This document shows positions 19,136 to 27,949 of a stretch of 64,000 nucleotides of DNA, piece after piece. This DNA is from Candidatus Pacearchaeota archaeon. GTDB taxonomy: Archaea; Nanobdellota; Nanobdellia; Pacearchaeales; GW2011-AR1. Both the position numbers and the translations under genes were made by a program. Below the pieces are notes generated by a model. That model made no database searches, was not told the DNA's origin, and worked only from the letters and a program-made list of their open reading frames with translations. Position 1 is the first letter of the stretch. Each line of letters starts with the position of its first letter. The stretch spans positions 5,847 through 69,846 of the forward strand of contig JAGLYK010000011.1 in NCBI GenBank assembly GCA_023132255.1. Direction: 5' to 3'.

Positions 19136-19269
19136 TACTTATTATATATGTATTATCTCTTATAAATCTTACTATGTATGTAATAAATACTTATTATGTA
19201 TGTATAGCTATTTTTAGAAAACCCACGTGATTTTTATTTAGAATAAATAATTTGTTTAATCTTTTAGAA

Positions 19270-19653
19270 TCAAATTCTTTTTATTTCCTGAATGTATTCT
19301 TTCTCTTTTTTTATTGAAGTCAGGTAATGTTTTAATAAATCTTTTATAAGTTTTCCTTGACTATTCATAATGTTTATTATTTCTTCTCTTCCTAATTCTT
19401 CAAAATTAGTTCCGCTTAAATCTTCCCATAAATTAGCTATTTTTTCCAGTTCAATTTGTTTTTGTTTAATTTGCTTTTCTTTTTCAATAATCCCTTTTGC
19501 CGGGTTTTTTTGAATTTCTTTTAAAACATTCTCTATTTTTTTTATTTCTGAAAATTTTTTCTTTATTTTTTGTTCTTCTTTATCAAATTGTAAGTCTTTA
19601 ACAATTGGATTGAAATTTGCTTTTTTCCCTGTTCTTCTGATTATTTTTATCAT
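19270..19653 (-). CDS. Hypothetical coiled-coil protein downstream of parA
   Basis: Abuts parA (1-bp gap); heptad-rich sequence. Confidence 0.6.
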   Translation of the reverse strand: MIKIIRRTGKKANFNPIVKDLQFDKEEQKIKKKFSEIKKIENVLKEIQKNPAKGIIEKEKQIKQKQIELEKIANLWEDLSGTNFEELGREEIINIMNSQGKLIKDLLKHYLTSIKKEKEYIQEIKRI

Positions 19654-19654
19654 T

Positions 19655-20488
19655 TTATTTTCTTAATGGAATTTTTCCTTGTTTATCAAAAGTCCCTATT
19701 TTTTTATCAAGTTTCATCCTTATTTTTTCATTTAATAAAATTTCTTTAACAATTTTTTTATAAGCTCTTCCTGCTTTACTCCAAGGTTGATAATGTGATA
19801 TTGGAACTCCTTTAGCATGGGTTCCATATATGTAGTTTGAATAAGGTATTAAAAAAACATTTTTTTCTAAAAGTTTTTCAGTCTCTTTTTGAATTTCTTT
19901 GGCTTGGTTTTTTCTAAATAAGGAAAATCCCTGGGTTTTTGTAACTAAGGCCATTTCTATGTTTAAATCTAAACCCAGTTTTGCAAGAAAATTTCCAAAA
20001 GAATCTTTTAGGACTTTAACACCTTCGAGAGCAAAAATTCCCGGGTCAAGCACAAGAATAACGCTATCTGCCGCAACCATGCCATTAATTATGAAATGGC
20101 TGTGAACAGGAGGGGTATCAATAAGAATATAGTCATAGTAATCTTTTATGTTTTTTAGAGCATCCTTTAAATGAGTAGCGTCGCTCTTTTTTTTATAAGA
20201 TCTTAAATTAATCATGTCTAATGTATGATCTGCTGGTGCGAGATGTAAGTTACGGATATTGGTTTTGAGAATAATATCTTTAATTTTTGTTTTTTTATTT
20301 TTCATTACTCTGTACATACTATTTACTAAAGTTCTTTTGTCAATCCCTAATCCTGAAGTAGCGTTTCCTTGAGGGTCTAAATCAACAACTAAAATTTTTT
20401 TCCCTGATTTAGCCAAATAACCTGCAATACTTAAGCAAGAAGTGGTTTTTCCGGTGCCTCCTTTATAATGCGCAAATGTTATTATCAT
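19655..20488 (-). CDS. parA: ParA/Soj family ATPase
   Basis: KGGTGKTT deviant Walker A, VDLDPQGNAT, YDYILIDTPP. Confidence 0.93.
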   Translation of the reverse strand: MIITFAHYKGGTGKTTSCLSIAGYLAKSGKKILVVDLDPQGNATSGLGIDKRTLVNSMYRVMKNKKTKIKDIILKTNIRNLHLAPADHTLDMINLRSYKKKSDATHLKDALKNIKDYYDYILIDTPPVHSHFIINGMVAADSVILVLDPGIFALEGVKVLKDSFGNFLAKLGLDLNIEMALVTKTQGFSLFRKNQAKEIQKETEKLLEKNVFLIPYSNYIYGTHAKGVPISHYQPWSKAGRAYKKIVKEILLNEKIRMKLDKKIGTFDKQGKIPLRK

Positions 20489-20643
20489 TTTAAATGAAAG
20501 CTAACCAAATTATATAAATGTTTTTCTTATTAGCCGAACTAAAGCATGGTTGTTCAAGAGCATCTGCTTTCTAATCAGGCAGCTGATTATTTTCAGAATA
20601 AAATGCATTAAACTTTTAAAGCGCGAAGGGTTCAGTTCATTAT

Positions 20644-20780
20644 GGTCCTGTAGCTCAGTTTGGATAGAGCGACTGCCTTCTAATTAGTAAAGAAGAATCT
20701 GGAAACTAAAGTTTCCATTAGCCTCTTCATAAAATAAAGAGGGAAGCAGTAGGTCGCAGGTTCAAATCCTGTCAGGGCCA
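20644..20780 (+). tRNA. tRNA-Arg(TCT) with 62-nt canonical 37/38 intron (20683-20744)
   Basis: Acceptor GGTCCTG/CAGGGCC, anticodon arm ACTGC-CT-TCT-A|intron|A-GCAGT, T arm GCAGGTTCAAATCCTGT; BHB central helix CTTC/GAGG. Confidence 0.92.
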
Positions 20781-20864
20781 TTTTGTTTAGAAGTTGATTT
20801 TTACCTGCTCGCAGGTTCTGCTCCCGACTCCGTACAGGTATTGATATTCAATTTTGTCCCTACC

Positions 20865-20937
20865 ATCCCATGGGATACTGCCTCACTTCGTTCCCAGCAC
20901 AAGAACCTGCAAGCAGGTGACTCAACTTTGTTGAGCC
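20865..20937 (+). repeat. Intergenic double twin-hairpin element between two tRNAs
   Basis: ATCCC-AT-GGGAT-A-CTG-cctcacttcgttcc-CAG-CA-caaga-ACCTGC-AA-GCAGGT-GA-CTCAAC-TTT-GTTGAG-CC; homologous to the inserts at 28767 and 47456, with compensatory changes. Confidence 0.82.
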
Positions 20938-21003
20938 TCGGAAATCGCTCTCTGTCAAGGGGCATAAATATCTTTAAATAAGCCTTTTCTTTAATTTTTT
21001 CAT

Positions 21004-21076
21004 GCGAAGATGGCACAGCGGTTACTGCATTCGGTTGCAGCCCGAATTTTCCCGGGTTCGAATCCCGGTCTTCGCT
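21004..21076 (+). tRNA. tRNA-Cys(GCA)
   Basis: Acceptor GCGAAGA/TCTTCGC, anticodon arm TTCGG-TT-GCA-GC-CCGAA, T arm CCGGGTTCGAATCCCGG. Confidence 0.93.
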
Positions 21077-21196
21077 TTTTTGAATTTTTAATTACCGTGA
21101 TTCTTCGAATCCCAACTCCCGATTTTGCTCGTCACTGGATTATACTGCTTCTCTCGCAAAATCGCTCATCTTCACTCTTTAAAATTTAAAAGAAAT

Positions 21197-21988
21197 CTAT
21201 TTAGATTTTTTCCTATATCGTCTTTCAATTGCTAAAAGAATCATGGCTCCGAAAATTGTGAGCATAAAAACATAAATGAACTTGCTGTTTTTTGTGTAAC
21301 TGAGAAATGCTTCGTCTGCACCTTCATCTGGGCTGATTCCTCCTGTGATGCCGCTTCTTCCTGATGCACCTTTGTCTACAGCTGCAATTACCTGACCAGT
21401 TCCTGTTAATTTTACTTCTCCTTTAGTAAAAAGAACTTTTTTATTTTCATCCATAACTTTAATATTATAGACTCCTTCAGGAGCAACCAATCTATAAGAG
21501 ACTGATTCCCCTAGATTAAGATTGGGATTTTTAGACCCTGTTGTACTACCTATTGTGATATAAATTTCTTTATCATATATTGTATTTCCTATATTTGTTA
21601 AGATTAATTCTTCTCCTTCAATTTTTACATCAATTAATTTACTCTTGCTAATTCTAAAAGATTCTTTTATTTCCACATTTTTATAGGTTATTATTATTTC
21701 TCCTTCCCCTGCTAAGATATTTTCAGGTAATTGTATCTCTTGAAAAGTATTTGATTTAATTGTTATTTCTTTTATTATATCTTCCCTAATATCTTTTAAA
21801 ATTAATGAAACATCATTTTGAACCGGATTATTATTTGAATCATAAATTATTATTTTTAATTGAATGATCTTTCCCGGCTCAAAAATTTTGTCTTCAGGGA
21901 TTGTTGATACTTCTAATTTGTAATCTTGAGCCACGACAATAGATGTTAAAAACATCATGATGAAAATTAAGATAAACTTTTTTCTCAT
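21197..21988 (-). CDS. Membrane-anchored surface protein
   Basis: Signal peptide, ITG motif, C-terminal TM plus basic tail. Confidence 0.65.
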   Translation of the reverse strand: MRKKFILIFIMMFLTSIVVAQDYKLEVSTIPEDKIFEPGKIIQLKIIIYDSNNNPVQNDVSLILKDIREDIIKEITIKSNTFQEIQLPENILAGEGEIIITYKNVEIKESFRISKSKLIDVKIEGEELILTNIGNTIYDKEIYITIGSTTGSKNPNLNLGESVSYRLVAPEGVYNIKVMDENKKVLFTKGEVKLTGTGQVIAAVDKGASGRSGITGGISPDEGADEAFLSYTKNSKFIYVFMLTIFGAMILLAIERRYRKKSK

Positions 21989-22068
21989 GTTTATTATTAT
22001 TTTTGAATGTATTTAAATATTTTGATTTTTTTGGCAAAGTATTTAAAATAGGAAATTTATTTATTATT

Positions 22069-24132
22069 ATGAATAAAAAGAGAATTAGAAAGGAACATAT
22101 TGTAACTTATTTGTTTGTGTTTGTATTTATTGGGTTGGCTATTGGAGGATTATATTTTTTAAATGTTTCAATGACTGGTTTTGCTGTTTATACTTTTGGT
22201 CCTGGAGAGGGGCAGACAACTTTGATGTTGCAAGATGCAGATTCAGATAACTTAGGTGATGCTTATGTAGGAAGTGGGGGGGACGCGAGTCATAATTTTG
22301 GAACCTCTAATCTTTTAAAAACCGGAAGTGTTGCTAGAACATATATTAATTTTAATATTTCCGGAATTCCTTTTAATCAAAACATAGATAATGCAACACT
22401 TTGTTTGTATGTTCTTAATACTAAAAAAACCCAAATAGTAAATGTTAGCCATGTTTATTCTGATTGGGATGAATCAGCTTTAACTTGGAATAATCAGCCT
22501 TGTGGAACTGGTTTTGATAATTCTTCTGCTTGTAATTTGACTGCAGAGTCTTTTGTTCAGCTGGATTCAACATCAAATCTATGGAGGTGTTGGGATGTTA
22601 CAAATACGGTTGGGGAAGATTATGATTCAGGTGATGATAATGTTTCTATGGTTTTATATACTTTAGACGCAGATATTAATTCTTTTAATTCAAAAGAAGC
22701 TTTAGATTCTAGTTTAAGGCCTTATCTTAATGTAACTTATCATCTTGCAAATTCAGCACCTATAATAAATTTGATTGAACCTCAAGACCAATTATATCTC
22801 TCAAATGAATCTCTTGCTTTGGATTTTACTGTTTTTGATCATGATGATAATTTAAATTCGTGTTGGTATAATTTAGATGATGGAGCAAATATAACTTTAG
22901 CAAGTTGTGCAAATACAACTTTTAGTATTGCTGAAGGTTCACATGTTTTGAAGATTTATACAAATGATTCTTTAGGATTAGAATCAAGTGATAGTGCTGG
23001 TTTTGATGTTGATTCAACAGGAGTTTTTGTTTCAGTTACAGAGCCGACAGGAGAGAAAACTTCAAGGACAGGAATTCCTATTACTTATTCTGTTGTGGGG
23101 GATGATTTAACTTGCTGGTATAATGTTAAGACTTCTATTGGAGGAGCAGTGATTGATAACACGACTTTGGAAAATTGCTCTGGTTCAACTTTTGATGTTT
23201 CAACTGACGGCGACTATATTTTTAATTTATATTTAAACAATAGTTTTGGAAATTCTGGTTTAGATAATTCTAATTTTTCAGTTGATACTTCTTCAGATTC
23301 TTCTTCAAGTTCGAGTTCTTCGTCATCATCTGGTGGTGGAGGCGGTTCTGGCGGAGGGACAGTTGTTCTTTCAGGAAGGAATAAATTAGAAATTAATCCC
23401 CTTTCAAATTTAGTTGCTAATCCCGGGGACACTAAAAAATTAACACTGCATGTTAAAAATATTGGAACGAATTTTTTAAATGACTGCAAAATTAAAGCAA
23501 GTGAAAAATCTTCTTTTTGGATTTCTTCTGATGAGTTAAAGAATTTAGCGGCTGGAGAAGAATATGGTTTTGATTTTGATTTAAATGTTCTGGATGATGC
23601 AGAGTCAGGGGAGTATATTTTGGACTTGTTTCTTGAATGCAAGGAATTAGAAATGTCTGTTGATTTTGTTGTTGAAGTTATAGAACAGAGATTGTTGTTT
23701 GAATTAGTTAATGTTGAAAGAATAAGTGATGAGGAAGTTAGGGTTGTTTATTTTTTAGAGGAGCTTTCAGGATTGGAACAGGAAGTTGAATTGCAGTTTT
23801 TGCTTTTGGGAAGCAGCGACGAGAAAGCAGCAGAGATTAAAGAGACCCGGTTTATTTCTGCTAATTCTCAGGCAGAGTTTAGCATTTTGATACCTGTGGA
23901 TTCTTCCTTGGAAGGGGATTTGAATTTATTAGTTAATCTGAATTCTAAGACATATTCAACTTTTGTCCAAGAGAATATTATTTTAGGAAGTCCTATAAGT
24001 GGTTTTACTGTATTTGGTGAAAGGTGGGATATGAATACTGTGCTTAGTGTTATATTTGTTATCTTATTTTTAGTGTTTGCATTTTTTATAATTAGAAGAA
24101 TTCTTAAACTGAGGAAGAAATCTAAGAAATAA
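22069..24132 (+). CDS. Surface protein with DNRLRE/CBM96-like domain and C-terminal TM
   Basis: DAYV...NFG...RTYINFNIS...WDESALTWNNQP...WDVT...FNSKE...RPYLNVTY; Ser/Gly linker; start chosen at MNKKRI. Confidence 0.65.
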   Translation: MNKKRIRKEHIVTYLFVFVFIGLAIGGLYFLNVSMTGFAVYTFGPGEGQTTLMLQDADSDNLGDAYVGSGGDASHNFGTSNLLKTGSVARTYINFNISGIPFNQNIDNATLCLYVLNTKKTQIVNVSHVYSDWDESALTWNNQPCGTGFDNSSACNLTAESFVQLDSTSNLWRCWDVTNTVGEDYDSGDDNVSMVLYTLDADINSFNSKEALDSSLRPYLNVTYHLANSAPIINLIEPQDQLYLSNESLALDFTVFDHDDNLNSCWYNLDDGANITLASCANTTFSIAEGSHVLKIYTNDSLGLESSDSAGFDVDSTGVFVSVTEPTGEKTSRTGIPITYSVVGDDLTCWYNVKTSIGGAVIDNTTLENCSGSTFDVSTDGDYIFNLYLNNSFGNSGLDNSNFSVDTSSDSSSSSSSSSSSGGGGGSGGGTVVLSGRNKLEINPLSNLVANPGDTKKLTLHVKNIGTNFLNDCKIKASEKSSFWISSDELKNLAAGEEYGFDFDLNVLDDAESGEYILDLFLECKELEMSVDFVVEVIEQRLLFELVNVERISDEEVRVVYFLEELSGLEQEVELQFLLLGSSDEKAAEIKETRFISANSQAEFSILIPVDSSLEGDLNLLVNLNSKTYSTFVQENIILGSPISGFTVFGERWDMNTVLSVIFVILFLVFAFFIIRRILKLRKKSKK

Positions 24133-24166
24133 TAAATTTTAAATAGAGGTAGTGGTTAACTTTCTG

Positions 24167-26101
24167 ATGGCTTTTATAGTTAAGAAAACAATCAGTGGAA
24201 AAGATTATTATTATCTTAATGAGAATAAACGTGTTGATGGCAAGGTAAAAACAAAAACTTTGGCTTATCTTGGCAAGACGAAAAGGGATGCCAAAAAGAA
24301 AGCTAAAGAAATTTTGGCAAGTTTGCCTAAGACAAAAGGAAGAACCTTTAGCCCGTCCGCGAAAGTCACGAACAATGGGTCGCTTCGCTCTCCGTCGTCC
24401 GCCGAAGTGAAGTTAAAACTTCCCATTCGTTCGTCTATAAGCCAAACGAAAGCATCGTCGAACGAAAGGCAACCTAAAGGGGCTGAAAAGAAAAGAAGGG
24501 AAATGATGAAAGGAAAAGTTGAAGAGAAAACTAAGATTAAGGAAATGAAGTCCCACAGGGATCACCCTAACGGGCGTAAAAAGAAAGTTAATCTTAGTCG
24601 GGGGGAAAAAACAGAAAAAATATTTTCAATGGCGAACACAAGGGGTTTCTTTTTTAATACCGCAAGTATTTATGGAGGGAAGGCAGGATTTTTTACTTAT
24701 GGACATTTGGGTAAATTGCTTAAAACTAATTGGGAGAATTTATGGAGAGAATATTATTTAAATTTAAATGATAATTTTTATGAGATTCAAAGCAACAGTA
24801 TACTTCCTGAGCCTGTTTTTGTTGCTTCTGGACATATAGAAAGTTTTAATGACCCTATGGTTGAGTGTAAAAAATGCCATGCGCGGTTTAGAGTGGATAA
24901 TCTTTTAGAAGATGAAGGTTTGGAAGATGTTGAAGTTCTTTCTGTTGAGGAGATGGACAAGGAGATTAAGGAAAGAAGTTTAAAATGTAAAAGATGTAAA
25001 GGAGATTTCGCAGGTGTAATGCAATTTAATATGATGTTTCCTGTTAATGTGGGTATAGGTCAAAATAGCAAGTCTTACTTGGGCCCTGAAACTGCTCAGG
25101 GTGCTTATTTAACTTTTAAAGATGAATTTTTAGCAACGAGAAGCAGAATTCCTTTAGGATTGGCAATTATTGACAAAGCATATCGAAATGAAATTTCTCC
25201 CAGACAGGGTTTTTTTAGGTTAAGAGAATTTTCCCAGGCAGAATTACAAATATTTTTTGATCCTGATAAAATAAATGAACATGAAAAATGGGAAGAAGTC
25301 AAAAACAAAAAGTTATATGTTAAATTTGTAGAAGATAAAAAAATAACTGAGATAAGCTGTGAAGATCTTAACCAGAAAAAAAAGATTCCTAAATTTTACG
25401 TTTATCATGCTTTGAAGGTTCAGGATTTTTATTTAGGAGTTCTTAAAATTCCGAAAGAAAAATTTAGGTTTAGAGAATTGAGTGAAAAAGAAAGAGCATT
25501 TTATAATAAGATTCATTTTGATGTTGAGATTATTTTAGATACTGTTGGAGGTTTTAAAGAAGTAGGAGGTGTTCACTATCGGACAGACCATGATTTGGCA
25601 GGGCATCAAAAAGTTTCTGGAAAAAATTTATCAGTGAGTGTCGACGGGAAAAAATTTATCCCTCATGTTTTGGAATTAAGTTTTGGCGTGGATAGAAATG
25701 TTTTTTCTTTTTTGGATGTATTTTTTGATAAAGGCAAGGAAGGATTTATTTTTAGTTTTCCTCCAAAACTCGCACCTATTAAAGCAGCAATTTTTCCGAT
25801 TGTCAAGCAAAAAGAGTTTGAGAAAATTTCTGAAGAGGTGTTTAATGATTTGAAAAAAGAATGGAATGTTGTTTATGACAAGTCCGGAAGTATTGGAAGA
25901 AGATATGCACGGAACGATGAAATTGGAACGCCCTTTTGTATAACTGTCGACGGGGATTCTTTGAAAAATAAAGATGTGACTATTCGTAACAGGAATACTG
26001 CAAAGCAAATTCGTGTGAAAATTTCTGAACTTAAAAATGTATTAAGAAAGTTAATTAATGAAGAAGTTGAATTTAGGAGTGCAGGAAAGTTAATCAAGTA
26101 G
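24167..26101 (+). CDS. glyS: Glycyl-tRNA synthetase (alpha2 type) with N-terminal extension
   Basis: SGHIESFNDPMVEC, LGPETAQG, AYRNEISPRQGFFRLREFSQAE, ELSFGVDR, GSIGRRYAR. Confidence 0.95.
   Translation: MAFIVKKTISGKDYYYLNENKRVDGKVKTKTLAYLGKTKRDAKKKAKEILASLPKTKGRTFSPSAKVTNNGSLRSPSSAEVKLKLPIRSSISQTKASSNERQPKGAEKKRREMMKGKVEEKTKIKEMKSHRDHPNGRKKKVNLSRGEKTEKIFSMANTRGFFFNTASIYGGKAGFFTYGHLGKLLKTNWENLWREYYLNLNDNFYEIQSNSILPEPVFVASGHIESFNDPMVECKKCHARFRVDNLLEDEGLEDVEVLSVEEMDKEIKERSLKCKRCKGDFAGVMQFNMMFPVNVGIGQNSKSYLGPETAQGAYLTFKDEFLATRSRIPLGLAIIDKAYRNEISPRQGFFRLREFSQAELQIFFDPDKINEHEKWEEVKNKKLYVKFVEDKKITEISCEDLNQKKKIPKFYVYHALKVQDFYLGVLKIPKEKFRFRELSEKERAFYNKIHFDVEIILDTVGGFKEVGGVHYRTDHDLAGHQKVSGKNLSVSVDGKKFIPHVLELSFGVDRNVFSFLDVFFDKGKEGFIFSFPPKLAPIKAAIFPIVKQKEFEKISEEVFNDLKKEWNVVYDKSGSIGRRYARNDEIGTPFCITVDGDSLKNKDVTIRNRNTAKQIRVKISELKNVLRKLINEEVEFRSAGKLIK
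24550..24576 (+). repeat. Minimal 27-bp twin-hairpin module, in frame in glyS
   Basis: GTCCC-ACA-GGGAT-CA-CCC-TAAC-GGG-CG. Confidence 0.75.
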
Positions 26102-26262
26102 TTTTTTTGTCGTCGGTAAATAAAGATTACTGAAGATTTTTTAAACAGAGGGAGTTTTAATATTATTTTAATTCTTGTTGTATAAAAAACTTAAAAAGAA
26201 AAGGGCAAAGTTTTTTAAATTAGTTATTCTTAATATAGTTAATTAAATTGAGGTGATAAAAT

Positions 26263-26457
26263 ATGGCAAAAGCAAAAACACCAAAACAAATTGCTTTGAG
26301 AATAAAACAGCTTAAGAAACAAGTATCAAAACTTGAAACACAAAAGAAGAAAGCAGTTGCTACAGTAAAGAAGAAACCAGCAAAGAGAAAAGCAGTTAAG
26401 AGAAAAGTTGTGAAGAGAAAAGCGAAAAAGAAACCTGCGAGAAGAAGGAGAAGATAA
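26263..26457 (+). CDS. Small, highly basic Lys/Arg-rich protein
   Basis: SD GAGGTGA upstream; KKKPAKRKAVKRKVVKRKAKKKPARRRRR; T-rich terminator downstream. Confidence 0.8.
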   Translation: MAKAKTPKQIALRIKQLKKQVSKLETQKKKAVATVKKKPAKRKAVKRKVVKRKAKKKPARRRRR

Positions 26458-26523
26458 ATTCAATTAATTTTTTATTTTTTATTTTTCAATATCTTTTTAA
26501 ACTGAAAGTTTTTTTATTTTTGT

Positions 26524-26925
26524 ATGAATGAAGAATGTGTTTTTTGTAAAATTGCGAAAGGGGAAGTTCCTTGTTATAAGATTTATGAGGATGAAAATTT
26601 CCTGGCTTTTCTTGACATAACTCCAAGAAACAAAGGGCATACATTGGTGATTCCAAAAAAGCATTGTTGTTGGGTTTGGGACCTGCCAAATGTTGGAGAG
26701 TATTTTGAAGTTGTCAATAAAATAGCAAATGCAATAAGGAAAGCGATGGATACTGAATGGGTTGTTTCTTTAGTAATTGGGGAAGAAATCCCGCACGCGC
26801 ATGTTTGGTTAATCCCTAGATTTGAAGACGACGGGCATGGGAATTTTATTGATATTTCTAAAGTTTTAAAATTTTCCGACAAAGATATGAAAGACATTGC
26901 AGAAAAAATAAAACAGAGAATTTAA
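26524..26925 (+). CDS. HIT family nucleotide hydrolase
   Basis: CVFCKI, FLDITP, GHTLVIPKKH, HAHVWLIPR (third His replaced by Trp). Confidence 0.92.
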   Translation: MNEECVFCKIAKGEVPCYKIYEDENFLAFLDITPRNKGHTLVIPKKHCCWVWDLPNVGEYFEVVNKIANAIRKAMDTEWVVSLVIGEEIPHAHVWLIPRFEDDGHGNFIDISKVLKFSDKDMKDIAEKIKQRI

Positions 26926-27093
26926 TATTGTAAGCAATAATTTTGAATCAATAGAGTGATTAGTTTCCAATGTTCATTTTCATATTTTACTGAGGAAGAA
27001 AGGTGATGGAGAATTTAGGTTTGTTAGTAAATAAATAATTTTATAAAATTTTTCCACCTCAAGACTTTTAAATTAATCCTTTTTAGTAATATT

Positions 27094-27165
27094 GGCTCTG
27101 TAGCTCAGTGTTAGAGCGCGGCTCTCATGAGGCCGAGGTCGAGAGTTAAATTCTCTTCAGAGCCA
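27094..27165 (+). tRNA. tRNA with CAT anticodon (elongator Met or Ile2)
   Basis: Acceptor GGCTCTG/CAGAGCC, anticodon arm CGGCT-CT-CAT-GA-GGCCG, atypical T loop TTAAATT. Confidence 0.85.
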
Positions 27166-27217
27166 TAATAATGTTTTTTTACGAAAATCTTATAAATCTA
27201 TTTTTCTTAAAAAAATC

Positions 27218-27415
27218 ATGGTTAATGGAGATATAATTTATGCGCTTCCTCAAAGTTTGACTAAAATTATTGCTGCATTTGGAGGAGTTATTTTCCTTTA
27301 TCTTGTTTTTCAAATAATTTTTGTGATTCTTAATAAGAGGAAACAAAAAATTTTAGAATTAATCAGAAAGGATTTGAAAAGATTAGAGAAAAAAATTGAT
27401 ACCCTAACCAAGTAG
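27218..27415 (+). CDS. Small single-TM protein
   Basis: Hydrophobic helix plus basic coiled coil; TATA-like TTATAAA upstream. Confidence 0.6.
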   Translation: MVNGDIIYALPQSLTKIIAAFGGVIFLYLVFQIIFVILNKRKQKILELIRKDLKRLEKKIDTLTK

Positions 27416-27465
27416 GTGCAGAGCAAGGGCATAAACGAGAGAGTGAGGAGAAAAGGAATAATAAA

Positions 27466-27504
27466 CACCGCCTGGTGTACCCCAAAATACGGAATTCTGG
27501 GGCA
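27466..27504 (+). repeat. Intergenic twin-hairpin module
   Basis: CACC-GCCT-GGTG-TA-CCCCA-(13)-TGGGG-CA. Confidence 0.78.
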
Positions 27505-27513
27505 AAAAAATAA

Positions 27514-27702
27514 TTATGGGTTTTGTTTTTCTTGTTTTTTTATTCTTGCTAAAAATCCTGCTATCTGGTTTCTTAACTTTTTACTTGGCATTGTGTTCTT
27601 AAGAATTTTTTTATTTTTATTAAAACTTTCAGTAAACTCAACACCTTTTTTTAGAAAAGTGTTGGATGCTCTTCTTACTAATTTTGATTTTATCTTACCC
27701 AT
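27514..27702 (-). CDS. rps17e: 30S ribosomal protein S17e
   Basis: MGKIKSKLVRR...FTESFNKNKK...SKKLRNQIAGF. Confidence 0.93.
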   Translation of the reverse strand: MGKIKSKLVRRASNTFLKKGVEFTESFNKNKKILKNTMPSKKLRNQIAGFLARIKKQEKQNP

Positions 27703-27802
27703 TGAAGGAAACCAAGGTTTCCTCTCACACACCATCCTTCCTGTTCAGGTGTGCGACTTTTTATAACACTCACGGAAGTCGCGTACAGAAAGTTGAGGAA
27801 AC
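27703..27802 (-). promoter_or_regulatory. Structured 5' leader of rps17e (candidate cis-regulatory RNA)
   Basis: Nested stems GUUUCCUC/GAGGAAAC, CUUUCUGU/ACAGGAAG, GCGACUU/AAGUCGC. Confidence 0.55.
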
Positions 27803-27949
27803 TTTATTTAATATATATTATGTGAAAATTAGGTTTTAAAATGTTTTGTTTTAATGGAATTGCTAACTTTAGACTTCGCTTGTTCAGGAGACAAAATCTC
27901 TTGTTATGATTCTATACCTTATTTTCATCCCCATATTTTCTTTCTTCCG

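Noticed and set aside
20801-21016. 71-aa minus-strand ORF
   Set aside because: Overlaps tRNA-Cys and runs through GC-rich palindromic DNA that is open by chance.
27416-27766. 116-aa plus-strand ORF
   Set aside because: Antisense to rps17e and spans a repeat element; no protein-like signal.
20781-27810. RNase P RNA or SRP RNA in the structured intergenic regions at 20.8 kb and 27.4-27.8 kb
   Set aside because: Could not find GAGGAAAGUCC/P4 or SRP helix-8 consensus motifs in the right arrangement.
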